From Sphyrna mokarran (lineage: Eukaryota): a stretch of DNA of 64,000 nucleotides. The position numbers and the translations under genes are program-made. Within the stretch, counting starts at the first letter, position 1; each line of letters starts with the position of its first letter. Where the stretch lies: contig JAGIQG010000023.1 in assembly GCA_024679065.1 (NCBI GenBank), positions 10,354,001-10,418,000 of the forward strand, in the 5' to 3' direction. Of this stretch, positions 62,663 to 64,000 are shown piece by piece. The notes beneath the pieces are model-generated. The model searched no databases. It saw only the letters and a program-made list of their open reading frames with translations, and had not been told where the DNA came from.

Positions 62663-63289
62663 CACAAGCTTTCTGAGTCAGAGATGAGAGTGCCACTGAA
62701 CCAAGGCTGATATCTTTAAACTATCATTCTTAATATCCTCTCCTCCGTCCTGTGTCATTGCTTTAGGTTAATCATTTGGTGCACAGCTAACTGCATAAAA
62801 AAATTTGCAATTAAATTGCTATACAGATTATATTGCTTACAAAAAAGTTGTCTTCGGAGATAAAGGTATAAGTAGTTCAGCATTGCAATGATGTAGTAAA
62901 ATGGGTCACATGCTTGAACCACAAACTTCCCGTTCAGAGTTGAAAGGATTGAGTCAAGAGGAAGCCTAGTTATAGAAGTTGTAAAACATTTTTATTTCCG
63001 TTCATCTGGTTACACTGAATGATTAATCAGTACACGTGCATCTCTGTAAGTGGACATATCTCAGACTCATGTCCAATGTGGTACAAATTTATGCTGGAAA
63101 TGGGGGGGGCGGGGTTGTTAGCTCTTTAGCTTTGCTGCTGTTTCAATGGCGTTTACACATCAAAGCTCATGTACTCTGCTCTGATCCTATGTACCAGAAA
63201 GTCCTTCAACTTCTCATTCATGCTCAAAATCTTACAGTCTGAGTGAACACTGCAGCAATTATCCACACATGTATTATCCTGGGCTTTAC

Positions 63290-63458
63290 ATAGTGTCTTT
63301 ATGTGCCCTGTCTGTGAACACAAGTCCTCACTCACCTGATGAAGGAGCTTGAGGGTCTGAAAGCTCGTGCTGCCAAATAAACCTGTTGGACTTTAACCTG
63401 GTGTTGTGAAACTTCTTACTATGCTTACCCCAGTCCAACACTGGCATCTCCACATTAT
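63290..63458 (+). mobile_element. Solo Penelope pLTR (family A) with hammerhead at 63333-63369
   Basis: cac CTGATGA aggagcttgagggtct GAAA gctc gtg. Confidence 0.75.
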
Positions 63459-63623
63459 CCTTAACAGGTGTGAGACAGAAATCAGGCTGAATATCACTCA
63501 GGGCCAACAAAAAAACTTATGAAATGGACACACACATCTTTAAAGTTAAAGTTTATTTATTAGTCACAAGTAGGCTTACATTAACACTGCAAAGAAGTTA
63601 CTATGAAAATCCACTGGCACCTG

Positions 63624-63852
63624 CTTTAAGACTTGAATAGGTTAGATGTAAGGATTCGCATTCTAATCAGCAATCTGTGACTGTTTGTGCTGATATGTGT
63701 GCTATTGCAGACCAGAACACTGCATTTGCCTGACAAAGACCAAAGTCGAAAGCTCGCAGATTTACTATCAAATAAATCGGTTGGATTTAAAATAGGTGTT
63801 GCCAGATTCTTACTGAGTATACCTCAGTCCAACGCCAGCATCTCTACATCAT
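63624..63852 (+). mobile_element. Solo Penelope pLTR (family B) inserted in a SINE tail
   Basis: Matches about 43442-43677; flanked by acctg; hammerhead core mutated to CTGACAA. Confidence 0.85.
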
Positions 63853-63862
63853 GACCTGTTTG

Positions 63863-64000
63863 GGAGGCATGGTGGCACAGTGGTTAGCACTGCTGCCTCA
63901 CAATGCCAGAGACCCAGGTTCAATTTCAGGTCATTGTTTCATCTGGAGTTTGCACATTCTCCCACGTTTCTGTGTGTGTTTCCTCCGAGTGCTCCAGTTC
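63863..64000 (+). mobile_element. V-SINE head, running off the window
   Basis: ggcatggtggcacagtggttagcactgctgcctcac. Confidence 0.85.

Noticed and set aside
60000-64000. A third paralog starting at the window end
   Set aside because: No signal-peptide exon, RUNX-ETS module or upstream homology block was seen
1-64000. CRISPR arrays or prokaryotic systems
   Set aside because: Intron-containing vertebrate DNA with no regularly spaced repeat-spacer array

Overview
Vertebrate genomic DNA, most likely from a cartilaginous fish: the repeat landscape is HE1/V-SINE-like SINEs, CR1 LINEs and Penelope elements. The window holds two tandem, same-strand (+) paralogous 7-exon genes, each reconstructed here as an intact reading frame with GT-AG introns and matching phases. 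Gene A is CDS 3868-24110 (417 aa) and gene B is CDS 36147-58533 (404 aa). Both encode type I membrane receptors with a signal peptide, a CD300/pIgR-type IgV domain, an FCRL/PECAM-like C2-type Ig domain, a Ser/Thr stalk, an uncharged TM segment and a tail with four tyrosine motifs. They look like inhibitory CD300/CMRF35-like or MDIR-like immune receptors. Introns and the intergenic region are filled with SINEs, CR1 fragments, Harbinger-type MITEs and Penelope elements. The Penelope terminal repeats carry minimal hammerhead ribozymes and are often arranged as inverted repeats; several have target-site duplications, and some have an empty site in the paralog. Exon coordinates were counted by hand; repeat boundaries are approximate.
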